Assembly: GCF_965230075.1 (NCBI RefSeq)
Contig: NZ_OZ245945.1
Span: forward strand, 2,959,462-3,023,461
Reading direction: 5' to 3'
Source: Maridesulfovibrio sp.
GTDB taxonomy: Bacteria > Desulfobacterota > Desulfovibrionia > Desulfovibrionales > Desulfovibrionaceae
DNA length: 64,000 nucleotides
A model generated the notes under the pieces. That model searched no databases and had not been told where the DNA came from. It saw nothing but the letters and a program-made list of their open reading frames with translations. A program made the position numbers and the translations under genes. This document shows positions 17,793 through 26,372 of this stretch, one piece after another. Each line of letters begins with the position of its first letter. The stretch's first letter is position 1.

Positions 17793-19402
17793 GCTTTGAA
17801 TGGGTGTATATAGAGTTTCACAAAATTAAATGAGCTGATTCTCTTCGCTAACTCATCCAGCGCCTTCTCGTAATCTTCTTGGAGTGAAACGATGACACGC
17901 ACTCCAAATTCTTTTTTTATTTTTGCTAATTCCTCAATCAATCGTTTGGAAAAGATAAAATTATCCAACAACAAAACTACATTGGCCGACTTCAGCAACT
18001 TCTTAGTTTCAATTTTATTCTTACCAACTAAATATGAAAGTGATTTAATTATTTTCTCCTTGTCTTTAGGCAAGGAATTGACATCAACATAAAACGCCAT
18101 TTTTCTCGAAATATTAAATCGGTACTGCAAATATGATAAAAATGACGTCTTCCCTGAATTTTGTTTACCAACAACGATATAGTTATCGTCTGAATTCAAA
18201 ATGCCATCTTCAGTATAGATTTTGTCTCCCGAACCAGACTTAGCCAAAGAATCTGCACGCATTAAACTCGGTGACACGGATCTAATTTCAGGAAAAACGT
18301 ATATCTCTTCAACTCTCTGTGGTGCAAAATCACTTATCTCTGAAACTAAGGCTGGATAATTTAACTCAAGTTGTTCGAAAACCTTCAAATCGACAGGGCA
18401 GCTATTCGCTGTCAACTCAGTCTCGACAGTCCAGATACCACCCTTACCCATATCATTGTTTGAATCAAAAGACTTCCGTAATTCAAAATATTTTCTATGA
18501 ATACAATTTAAATCATTATTGTGGAGAGCCAAAGCGGTATAACCATGATACGCATTCGCATAATCGTCATTGCAAAGGGCACCAGCTTGCAAATTCACAC
18601 ATGCCCCTTGGGGTTTAGATAATTTTGATGAATCATGCTCATGCATATGCCCACACAGGAACATCGCTTTGTCCCACAATAACTGGTTTTGAATATATTG
18701 CTTATCGAAATCAGATAACCACTCCAAAGGATGGTGTGCTAAAACAATTTTCACATCTGCTTCACACGATTTTACGTAATCATTATACTGTTTTTTACCA
18801 ATCAACATTTTACCTTCATCTTCATCGCCACCATAAGCAATCCATGAAGAACATAGCGAACTAACACTAATAGTATTGTTCTTAATCATATATTCTTTAC
18901 AAAAGGATATTTGACCTTTGAATTCTTGAAGGCTCGTATTTGAATAAAAATCATCTCGTGCTTCCACAAAATTTTTCAAGGTAGAGTATATGACATCATT
19001 ACTGAAACCGACCTTAGTTTGATATGATTCAAGTTTTTCTACATCATTATTTAAAAAACTAATCCCTGCTACTTTTTCAGCATCAAAACAACTACGGTCG
19101 ACCTCATGATTTCCAGGGCAAATAATAAATTTATCTCTTTCAAGCCCAACTGTTTGCAAAATATCTACAGCAATATCGTCAAAGAAATTAATAATAGAAA
19201 CAGGATCTCCGCCGTCAAAAACAGCATCACCAGTAAAAAATATTAAATCAGGGCTCCAGTTAAGTTCCTCTCTCAACTCGACTAAATCTTTTTTAAGTGC
19301 CTTAAGATTATCTTCAATCTTACCCAAATTTCTATCGGCCAAATGCAAATCAGAAAGATGCAACATATTCAGTGAGTTAGTAAAATCAAAATCGCCCATC
19401 AA
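17774..19402 (-). CDS. Calcineurin-like metallophosphoesterase fused to a P-loop NTPase (STAND/NACHT-like)
   Basis: All five metallophosphoesterase motifs occur in order (LHLSDLHL, FTGDAVFDG, CPGNHE, LAHHP, CGHMHE). Walker A VVGKQNSGKTS and Walker B-like VVLLLDNF follow. Confidence 0.75.
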   Translation of the reverse strand: MMGDFDFTNSLNMLHLSDLHLADRNLGKIEDNLKALKKDLVELREELNWSPDLIFFTGDAVFDGGDPVSIINFFDDIAVDILQTVGLERDKFIICPGNHEVDRSCFDAEKVAGISFLNNDVEKLESYQTKVGFSNDVIYSTLKNFVEARDDFYSNTSLQEFKGQISFCKEYMIKNNTISVSSLCSSWIAYGGDEDEGKMLIGKKQYNDYVKSCEADVKIVLAHHPLEWLSDFDKQYIQNQLLWDKAMFLCGHMHEHDSSKLSKPQGACVNLQAGALCNDDYANAYHGYTALALHNNDLNCIHRKYFELRKSFDSNNDMGKGGIWTVETELTANSCPVDLKVFEQLELNYPALVSEISDFAPQRVEEIYVFPEIRSVSPSLMRADSLAKSGSGDKIYTEDGILNSDDNYIVVGKQNSGKTSFLSYLQYRFNISRKMAFYVDVNSLPKDKEKIIKSLSYLVGKNKIETKKLLKSANVVLLLDNFIFSKRLIEELAKIKKEFGVRVIVSLQEDYEKALDELAKRISSFNFVKLYIHPFKACMYEA

Positions 19403-19615
19403 TAAATCTCCAAACTCTTACAGATTTTTTATAATAATGTAACTGCACGAAATTTACACAACATTATTTATTTAGACCAGCGTTTTATAGATAAAATGAT
19501 AAATATCAATACTACCCACCCACTTCCAATCCCCCATAGACACAAATCCCCCACAATGGCAGAATGGCAACTAAAACCATACTACCTGCCACCTTAACCA
19601 ATAGGGGGGATACCC

Positions 19616-21271
19616 ATGGCCCAGACAGTTATCCAGCATCTGCTTGAGCGTCTTAAAGAAATCGGAATCACGGATGTTTTCGGTGTTCCGGGCGATTATG
19701 CCTTCCCGGTTAATGATGCCTTCTGCACTGATTCAGACTTCAACTGGATCGGCTGCTGCAACGAACTCAACGCAGCATATGCCGCAGACGGCTACGCCCG
19801 CATAAAGGGTAAGGCCGCTGTCTGCACTACTTACGGCGTGGGCGAACTGAGCGCCATTAACGGCATTGCCGGATGCTATGCTGAAAACCTGCCTGTCTTC
19901 CATATTGTGGGCATCCCCAAATGCTCGGTGCAACGCAACGGCAACCTCATCCACCATTCACTTGGTAACGGCGAATTCGACCTTTTTTATAAAATGACCC
20001 AGCCTGTGGTTAGCGCCAGAACCATCCTTACTGCTGAGAATACCGTGGCAGAGGTGGAACGCTGCATCAACGCCGCGTTGATCCAAAAACAGCCCGTCTA
20101 TATTGCCGTGCCTGCTGATGAAGCACTCAAGGAACTGGGCTGTACCAAACCGCATACCCCGTCCTCGCCTGTCAGCGATCAGGACACCCTCGATACAGTC
20201 ATTCCTTTGATCATCAAAAGGTTAAAAAAGGCAGAAAACGCCATCGCCATGGTCGGTGCGCTGATCGGGCGCTATGAACTGCATGAACCAATGCTGGAAT
20301 TCATCGATAAATCGGGCATTCCGTTCACTTCAATGTTCATGGCCAAGGGTACGCTCTCCGAAACGCATCCCAATTTTATCGGGGTATATAATGGGCGTAT
20401 CCTTGACGAGGAAGTACGGAAAACCGTTGAATCCGCGGATCTGGTGGTCAGCTTCGGGACCATCCGCTCCGACATCAACACCGGGGCCTTTACCGTAAAT
20501 CTTGACCCCAATCATGAAATAAAAATACACCCCGACCGGGTCTGCATCGGCCATGCGGTTTACCATAATGTGCTGCTGGAAGACGTGCTGCGCGAACTCT
20601 GCAAACGTATCGACAATCTTTCCCTACCTATCCCCATGACTCCGCAGGGACTTGGCGAGCCTGTGGGCAGAGCTGATGATGAGATCACAGCGGCATCCCT
20701 CTACCCGCGCATTGAAAGCTTTTTCGCAGCGAATGACATTATCATGGGCGAGACCGGGACCACCTCCATGGGGCTGGTGAACTCCCGGCTACCTGAGGAT
20801 GCGGTCTTCTTTAACCAGACTTTGTGGGGTTCCATCGGCTGGGCTACCCCTGCAGCTTTCGGGGCAGCTCTTGCCGCTCCCGACCGCCGCACCCTGCTGC
20901 TGACCGGGGAAGGCGCACACCAGATGAGCGCTCAGGAAATCTGCCAATTTGCACGATTCAAGCTCAAGCCCATAATTATCTGCGTGAATAACGACGGCTA
21001 CCTCATTGAGCGGCTGCTCTGCGAAGATCCCTACATATATTATAATGATCTGGCCCAATGGAATTACAATAAATTACCCGAAGCACTCGGCATGGACGAG
21101 TGGTTCAGCGCAAAGGTGACCACCAACCGCGAACTGGACGAAGCACTGCAAAAAGCCGCAGCAGCGGACAGCGGTTGTTATATCGAAGTGGTGACCGGAA
21201 TGATGGAAACACCGGAAATGGGCCGGGTATTGAATGAGATTGTAGTGAAAGGACCGGGCTGGAAGGCTTAA
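19616..21271 (+). CDS. Thiamine-diphosphate-dependent 2-keto-acid decarboxylase (indolepyruvate/phenylpyruvate/pyruvate decarboxylase family)
   Basis: N-terminus VFGVPGDYAFPVND, the NELNAAYAADGYAR motif and a C-terminal TPP-binding region (LTGEGAHQM ... NNDGYLIE). Length 551 aa. Confidence 0.85.
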   Translation: MAQTVIQHLLERLKEIGITDVFGVPGDYAFPVNDAFCTDSDFNWIGCCNELNAAYAADGYARIKGKAAVCTTYGVGELSAINGIAGCYAENLPVFHIVGIPKCSVQRNGNLIHHSLGNGEFDLFYKMTQPVVSARTILTAENTVAEVERCINAALIQKQPVYIAVPADEALKELGCTKPHTPSSPVSDQDTLDTVIPLIIKRLKKAENAIAMVGALIGRYELHEPMLEFIDKSGIPFTSMFMAKGTLSETHPNFIGVYNGRILDEEVRKTVESADLVVSFGTIRSDINTGAFTVNLDPNHEIKIHPDRVCIGHAVYHNVLLEDVLRELCKRIDNLSLPIPMTPQGLGEPVGRADDEITAASLYPRIESFFAANDIIMGETGTTSMGLVNSRLPEDAVFFNQTLWGSIGWATPAAFGAALAAPDRRTLLLTGEGAHQMSAQEICQFARFKLKPIIICVNNDGYLIERLLCEDPYIYYNDLAQWNYNKLPEALGMDEWFSAKVTTNRELDEALQKAAAADSGCYIEVVTGMMETPEMGRVLNEIVVKGPGWKA

Positions 21272-21298
21272 TCGAAGGAAATATCTCCCAACCATAAG

Positions 21299-21336
21299 AA
21301 AAGGCCGTACATGTTGATCCATGTACGGCCCTTTTT
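21299..21336. terminator. Bidirectional hairpin terminator between the decarboxylase gene and the ModE-like gene
   Basis: 11-bp stem GGCCGTACATG / CATGTACGGCC, flanked by AAAA and TTTTT. Confidence 0.6.
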
Positions 21337-21350
21337 AATTCTCAGAACTC

Positions 21351-21770
21351 TTAACTTTCCCCGAAACTCTTGGACTTCCAAGGGAAAATTTCCTCCGCCC
21401 TTGAGCGGGCATCCTGCTCAACCTTGTTGAACCACTCCAGATACTTATCGCGCACTAGACGTCCGGCTTCGGTCAGGCGATAACCGCTACGTCTACTGCC
21501 TGCCCGCTCCATGAGCTGGAACCCGAGCACCTGTTCGGTTTGTTTAATCTTACCCCATGCGGCGCGGTAGGACATGCCCAGCTCTTCGGATGCTTTTTTG
21601 AGCGATCCACAGGTTTCAATTTTATCCAGCAGAAGCAATCTGCCGTAGCCAAAGAATACCCCCTCGCCTCCCTCCAGCCAGAGATGCAGCCGGATTGTTG
21701 GATTGTGGGTATCCATCTGGACCAGTGCCGCGGTTGAACCCAGTTCGGGCGGGTCGATATTCTTGTTCAT
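21351..21770 (-). CDS. ModE-N-terminal-like (LysR-type) winged-HTH regulator, stand-alone DNA-binding domain
   Basis: LLLLDKIETCGSLKKASEELGMSYRAAWGKIKQTEQVLGFQLMER matches the ModE/LysR-type HTH pattern. No Mop (molybdate-binding) domain follows (139 aa). Confidence 0.7.
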   Translation of the reverse strand: MNKNIDPPELGSTAALVQMDTHNPTIRLHLWLEGGEGVFFGYGRLLLLDKIETCGSLKKASEELGMSYRAAWGKIKQTEQVLGFQLMERAGSRRSGYRLTEAGRLVRDKYLEWFNKVEQDARSRAEEIFPWKSKSFGES

Positions 21771-21779
21771 ACTCGCCTC

Positions 21780-23465
21780 CTATTTTCCAAAAGGACATTT
21801 GGGGAAAGTGCAGACCTTGCATTCCATGCAGTATCCGCCGTCAGCAAGTGAGGCCAGATCACTGCGGGTGATTTCCTGTCCGGCGATCACCTTGGGCAGT
21901 ACAAGGTCCAGACTTGTGGTCTTGAAAAAGAGTGCGCAGGCCGGGACACCGATGACTCGTACATTGCCGGCCCTAGCCAGTAGCAGCATGGTGCCGGGGA
22001 GTACCGGAGCACCATACAGGAGGTCGGATACTCCGGCATCCACCAGGCCGTGGCGGGTCACGTCATCAGGATCAACAGACATTCCGGCGGTTGTGATGAG
22101 CAGGTCACAACCCTCTTTCATGAGTGAGACGGCTGCGTCGCGGATTTCATCACGGTTGTCCGGCTTAATGACAGAGCGGACAACTTCGCAGCCCAATGCC
22201 TGCACCTTTGCGGTGATGACAGACTCAAATTTATCGTCAATCAGGCCGTTGAAGACTTCATCCCCGGTAATAAGGATACCGACCTTCTTGCGTTGTAAGG
22301 GAAGCACCTTGAAAAGCGGATCGCCGTTCAGTGCGGATACAGCTCGGGAAAAATTATCACGGGAAAGATAGAGGGGGATAGCCCTTGTTCCGGCAATGCG
22401 CGCCCCTTCTTTAACCAAGGTACCGTTCTTACGGGCTGCAACCATCACATCAGGAACAAGGTTGAAGCGGTTCATCATTTCAAGGTCACTGACCAGAAGG
22501 CCGTCATGTTCGGCGAGCAGGGTAACCTTACCTTCCTTCGGCTCGCCGTCGGTACAGATTCCATCACCGGCCATGATCCTGCCAAAGGTCCGGGCAGCCT
22601 CGTTCTCATGCACCCACTCCCCTTCAGGGATATCCCCTTCATCCACATAGATATGGTTCTTGCCGATCATCTGTAATCTACAGATATCATGGGCAGTGAA
22701 GTCGTGATCCTTGCGGAATTCAGGCCCCTTGCTCTCACCGGGGACAATACGGGTCATGTCGTGGACTGCGGTCTTGCCTTCAGCATTATCCACCGGGACG
22801 ACCTTAAGTCCTTCAGGCAACTTTGCTGTAGAAGCCTTTAGTCCTGCATCGCGGCTGGCGTAGGGGCTTTCACCCTGACAGCTTCTACAGATAGCGCCGA
22901 ATGAACCGGGATAGGCATCCCCGCAGATGGGACAGGTTGTGATTCCGCCTTTACTGCGCTTGATCATTGCTTCGGGTTTGATCTGCACAGACTCGATGGA
23001 ACAAAAAGATGCTCCGGCTTCACGAATCTCTGCATGCAGCTTAACGGAATCCTGTTCATGCTTGGGACGTCTTTTAAAAAACCATGATTCGGTTTCAGGC
23101 CAGTCTATAAGCTTCTCGGGGTCAACCCGGATACGCACACCCTCGCCAGTGTACTTATCGTAGAGAGAAAGGGCATAGACCCCGAGATTCCTAACTCGCA
23201 ACCAGCCGTTACCTGTACTGCACACAGTCAGCATCTGCACGGCATCCGGCAGGCACCATGAAGTCTCGGAAATGGCATCGAAAATTGTACCTTCAGGAAG
23301 ATGCCTGCGGGCCTCCTCCATCATATAGCCACCGAGAATAAGACCCGGCGCAGGGCTACCGTGAAATCTGCGGGCAGCTTCGATAAATTCATCATATGTA
23401 TACGGACCGATGGAATCATCACGGACCGGGGTATTTTCCTGAGTAATAGCGGCTTCAAGATTCAT
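21780..23465 (-). CDS. FmdE-domain / zinc-ribbon / molybdopterin-binding (MoCF-biosynthesis-like) fusion protein
   Basis: An N-terminal FmdE-like segment (FHGSPAPGLILGGYMMEEA), cysteine pairs CPICGD...CRSCQG, and a C-terminal MoaB/MoeA-type fold (VGILITGDEV ... DLLITTAGMSVDPDD). Confidence 0.75.
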   Translation of the reverse strand: MNLEAAITQENTPVRDDSIGPYTYDEFIEAARRFHGSPAPGLILGGYMMEEARRHLPEGTIFDAISETSWCLPDAVQMLTVCSTGNGWLRVRNLGVYALSLYDKYTGEGVRIRVDPEKLIDWPETESWFFKRRPKHEQDSVKLHAEIREAGASFCSIESVQIKPEAMIKRSKGGITTCPICGDAYPGSFGAICRSCQGESPYASRDAGLKASTAKLPEGLKVVPVDNAEGKTAVHDMTRIVPGESKGPEFRKDHDFTAHDICRLQMIGKNHIYVDEGDIPEGEWVHENEAARTFGRIMAGDGICTDGEPKEGKVTLLAEHDGLLVSDLEMMNRFNLVPDVMVAARKNGTLVKEGARIAGTRAIPLYLSRDNFSRAVSALNGDPLFKVLPLQRKKVGILITGDEVFNGLIDDKFESVITAKVQALGCEVVRSVIKPDNRDEIRDAAVSLMKEGCDLLITTAGMSVDPDDVTRHGLVDAGVSDLLYGAPVLPGTMLLLARAGNVRVIGVPACALFFKTTSLDLVLPKVIAGQEITRSDLASLADGGYCMECKVCTFPKCPFGK

Positions 23466-23971
23466 GTTCTCTCCATATTCTTAAAACTTTAATTATGCCG
23501 TATGAGGCACAATTAAGAAAAGCGTGACCGAACTTCAAAAGACACGGGATTGTGTACGGTTTGGAACAAAATAATTTTAGGCATTAAAATTGAACACTTA
23601 AAGCACAAACATCTCACACTGCGGAGGTATGGATTCAGAACAATCCATAAACCAAACCAATAAACAATCAAAGCACACATAGAACTAACACATTAATCAC
23701 AAAGGATTTTCCGGTGCAAAAGGCTGGAACAACCATATATGTTAAAATAAACAACTAACTATTTTCGTAAAAAACCTGCACCGAACATAACCTTCTCCCA
23801 TCTTCAAATGTAGTCACAGCTAATCATAATCACAAAAGCTGATCCCAACCAACTCAAATCATTCTAAGAACCAATTGGACGCAACAATGGTTCTGTGCTC
23901 ATTTACTATCGAAATTTTTGATACAGATATATCGACAACGATCCATCTATAAATACAATAAGGACAAAGCC

Positions 23972-25105
23972 GTGAACTTGAAGCCGTTCATTTCGTTTTC
24001 CGAATACAGTCTGGCGGACCTTGAGGAATGGAAAGACAAGGGGAACAAGGTCGCCGGGGTTTACTGTATATACGCCCCCAATGAACTTATCCGCGCCGCC
24101 GGGATTGCCCCGGTAAGCCTTTGCGGGAAAAAACAGGCTCCCATCAAGGAGGCCGAACGGGAACTCCCGGCCAGCCTCTGCCCGCTGATCAAATCCAGCT
24201 ACGGCTACGCTATTACAGACACCTGTCCCTTTTTCAGCTTCTCGGACATCATCATTGCCGAAACCACCTGTGACGGTAAAAAGAAAATGTATGAGCTGAT
24301 GGAAACCATCAAGCCGCTTCATCTCATGCAGCTGCCCCATACCCAGAAAGGTGATGCTCCCTTCCACTACTGGCTTGCAGGCTTGCATGAGCTCGAAAAA
24401 TTTCTCATTCAGCACTCAGGCGTAGAAGTAACTGAAGAAGCCCTGCACGCTGAAATCATCCTGCAAAATAACATCCGCAAGGAACTCTACGAATTGATGG
24501 TTCTTTGCGCGGATAAGCGTTCCCCCCTAACCGCCCGCGACATGCTCGCAGTGCAGGAAAGCAAAAGCTTCTCAGTTAACCCGGAAAACTACCTGCAGAA
24601 ACTACAGACCCTGCGAACTGAAATTGATGAATATCTGAGCCGCCCGGACCTTGAGGAAAAGAAAGGTGTCCGCATAATGCTGACCGGATGTCCGGTAGGC
24701 AAAGGATCGGAAAAAGCAATCACCATCACTGAAGATTTGGGCGCCCATGTCGTATGTATGGAAAACTGTTCCGGACTCAAAGGGCTGACCCTCCCGGTGG
24801 ATGAGACAGGCGATCCATACGAAGCTATTGCCCGCCGCTACCTGCAGGTGTCCTGCTCCTGCATGAGCCCCAATCCCGGCAGGCTTGATTCCATCCGTGA
24901 AATGATCACGACCTTTCAAGTAGACGCAATTATCGATCTCACATGGCTGGGCTGCCATACCTACAATGCAGAATCCACCATTCTGCGTAATTTTGTGGAG
25001 GACGAAATAGGCCTGCCCTTCCTGCACATTGAGACCGACTATTCCGAATCAGACATTGAGCAACTACGGACCCGCATTGAGGCGTTTGTAGAGCTTGCTG
25101 AATAA
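23972..25105 (+). CDS. 2-hydroxyacyl-CoA dehydratase D-component / BcrC-BadD / double-cubane-cluster family protein (solitary)
   Basis: HGD-D-like pattern (NKVAGVYCIYAPNELIRAAGIAPV ... LCPLIKSSYG ... AETTCDGKKKMYELM ... TGCPVG). The proposed GTG start at 23972 follows AAGGA. The track ORF starts at 23918. Confidence 0.75.
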   Translation: MNLKPFISFSEYSLADLEEWKDKGNKVAGVYCIYAPNELIRAAGIAPVSLCGKKQAPIKEAERELPASLCPLIKSSYGYAITDTCPFFSFSDIIIAETTCDGKKKMYELMETIKPLHLMQLPHTQKGDAPFHYWLAGLHELEKFLIQHSGVEVTEEALHAEIILQNNIRKELYELMVLCADKRSPLTARDMLAVQESKSFSVNPENYLQKLQTLRTEIDEYLSRPDLEEKKGVRIMLTGCPVGKGSEKAITITEDLGAHVVCMENCSGLKGLTLPVDETGDPYEAIARRYLQVSCSCMSPNPGRLDSIREMITTFQVDAIIDLTWLGCHTYNAESTILRNFVEDEIGLPFLHIETDYSESDIEQLRTRIEAFVELAE

Positions 25106-25125
25106 TACAACTTAAGGAGATAAGG

Positions 25126-26253
25126 ATGAACTTTAGAGGTGTTTTCAACAAAGGATTTGTAATCCTCGCCACACTGCTGCTTGCATGCAGTTTTACCTGC
25201 GGTGCGGCAAAGGCTGCCAAACTTCCCAGCCTGTACATGGGTTACGTTTTCACCACCCACCATACCCCGGTTATGGTGGCAGCGATCAAGGGCAAGGAAT
25301 TCCAGCAGAAGGGTGCCTATCTGGAGGAAATGGTCCCCAAGCAGAAATTCAAACTGTTTAACGCTGAAGGCAAGCCGCTGGCTGTTATCAACCTGATTGT
25401 TTCCAAGAGCGGCTCCGAAACCGCCACCCTGTTCGCCATGAACCGCATGGACCTCGGCCTTGCGTCCAGCACTGCTTTCATGAGCGGTATCGACAAGGGC
25501 ACAAAAATGAAAATCCTCTGTCCCCTGCATGTGGACGGCATGAGCATGGTTTTCCCGGAAGACAGCAAGATTAACGGCTATGAAGATGTTGCCGCTGCAA
25601 TCAAGGCCTCCAAGACACCTTTCAAAATCGGCTACCACTCCCCCACCAGCGCACCGCGTATCGCTTTTGAAGGTGCACTGCACAAGGCCGGATTCAAAAT
25701 CACCGGAAATCCTAACGACATGGACGCAGACATCCTCATGGTTGACCTTAAGTCTACTTCCAACCTTATTCCCGCCCTGCTCAGCAAGCAGGTTGACTGC
25801 TGGGTCGGCCCTGCACCGCATCCAGTTGTAGCTGAACACAAGCACGTTGGTCACATCGGTCTGGATTCCCGCGACCTGCCTCCTGCCGGAGCATGGACTG
25901 ACTTCCCCTGCTGCGTAATGGGTGCCAGCGAACAGATCATTGCTGATCAGCCCGAGGTAGTACAGGCCATGACAGATCTCATGACCGCAGCCTCCAAGTG
26001 GAGCAACACCCACAAAGAAGAAGCCGCCGACATCTCCGCCAAATGGATCGGGGTTCCGGCTGAAGCAGTGGAAAAATCCACCATCATCTACACCACCGAT
26101 CCCACTGAAAACTGGATCAAAGGTGAAGCTGAATTCATCGCCATGCTCAACAGCATGAATAAATTCAAAGGCAAAATGAAAGGCGCAGACATCACTGCTG
26201 CTAAACCCATTTTGTTCGACTTCTCTTTTGTAGAAAAAAGCTTGAAGAAATAA
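25126..26253 (+). CDS. ABC transporter substrate-binding protein (NitT/TauT / NMT1-like)
   Basis: A signal peptide (ILATLLLACSFTCGAAKA), a periplasmic-binding-protein-like body, and a matching permease and ATPase immediately downstream. Confidence 0.8.
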   Translation: MNFRGVFNKGFVILATLLLACSFTCGAAKAAKLPSLYMGYVFTTHHTPVMVAAIKGKEFQQKGAYLEEMVPKQKFKLFNAEGKPLAVINLIVSKSGSETATLFAMNRMDLGLASSTAFMSGIDKGTKMKILCPLHVDGMSMVFPEDSKINGYEDVAAAIKASKTPFKIGYHSPTSAPRIAFEGALHKAGFKITGNPNDMDADILMVDLKSTSNLIPALLSKQVDCWVGPAPHPVVAEHKHVGHIGLDSRDLPPAGAWTDFPCCVMGASEQIIADQPEVVQAMTDLMTAASKWSNTHKEEAADISAKWIGVPAEAVEKSTIIYTTDPTENWIKGEAEFIAMLNSMNKFKGKMKGADITAAKPILFDFSFVEKSLKK

Positions 26254-26256
26254 GAT

Positions 26257-26335
26257 GCCTCCGGCGGCTGGGGAAGGGAAAACTTTTGCAAAAGTTTTCC
26301 CTTCCCCAGACCCCATCCTTTTCAAAACCTTTTAG
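26257..26335 (+). repeat. REP-like element, variant copy B
   Basis: The GCCTCCGGCGGC head is followed by a 20-bp perfect hairpin, CTGGGGAAGGGAAAACTTTT-GC-AAAAGTTTTCCCTTCCCCAG. The tail ...AAAACCTTTTAG is shared with copy C. Confidence 0.5.
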
Positions 26336-26372
26336 TATGCTTCGCATGTAGCGCGCTAAGACGGTCTTTCGT

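Noticed and set aside
23906-24415. A 169-aa minus-strand ORF overlapping the start of the HgdB-like gene.
   Set aside because: The opposite strand encodes clear HGD-D family motifs. This ORF has no motifs and would leave the plus-strand gene without room.
25039-26325. A 428-aa minus-strand ORF.
   Set aside because: It is antisense to the well-supported ABC substrate-binding gene. The translation is G/V/A/F-rich with no recognisable domain. This is a typical shadow ORF in GC-balanced coding DNA.
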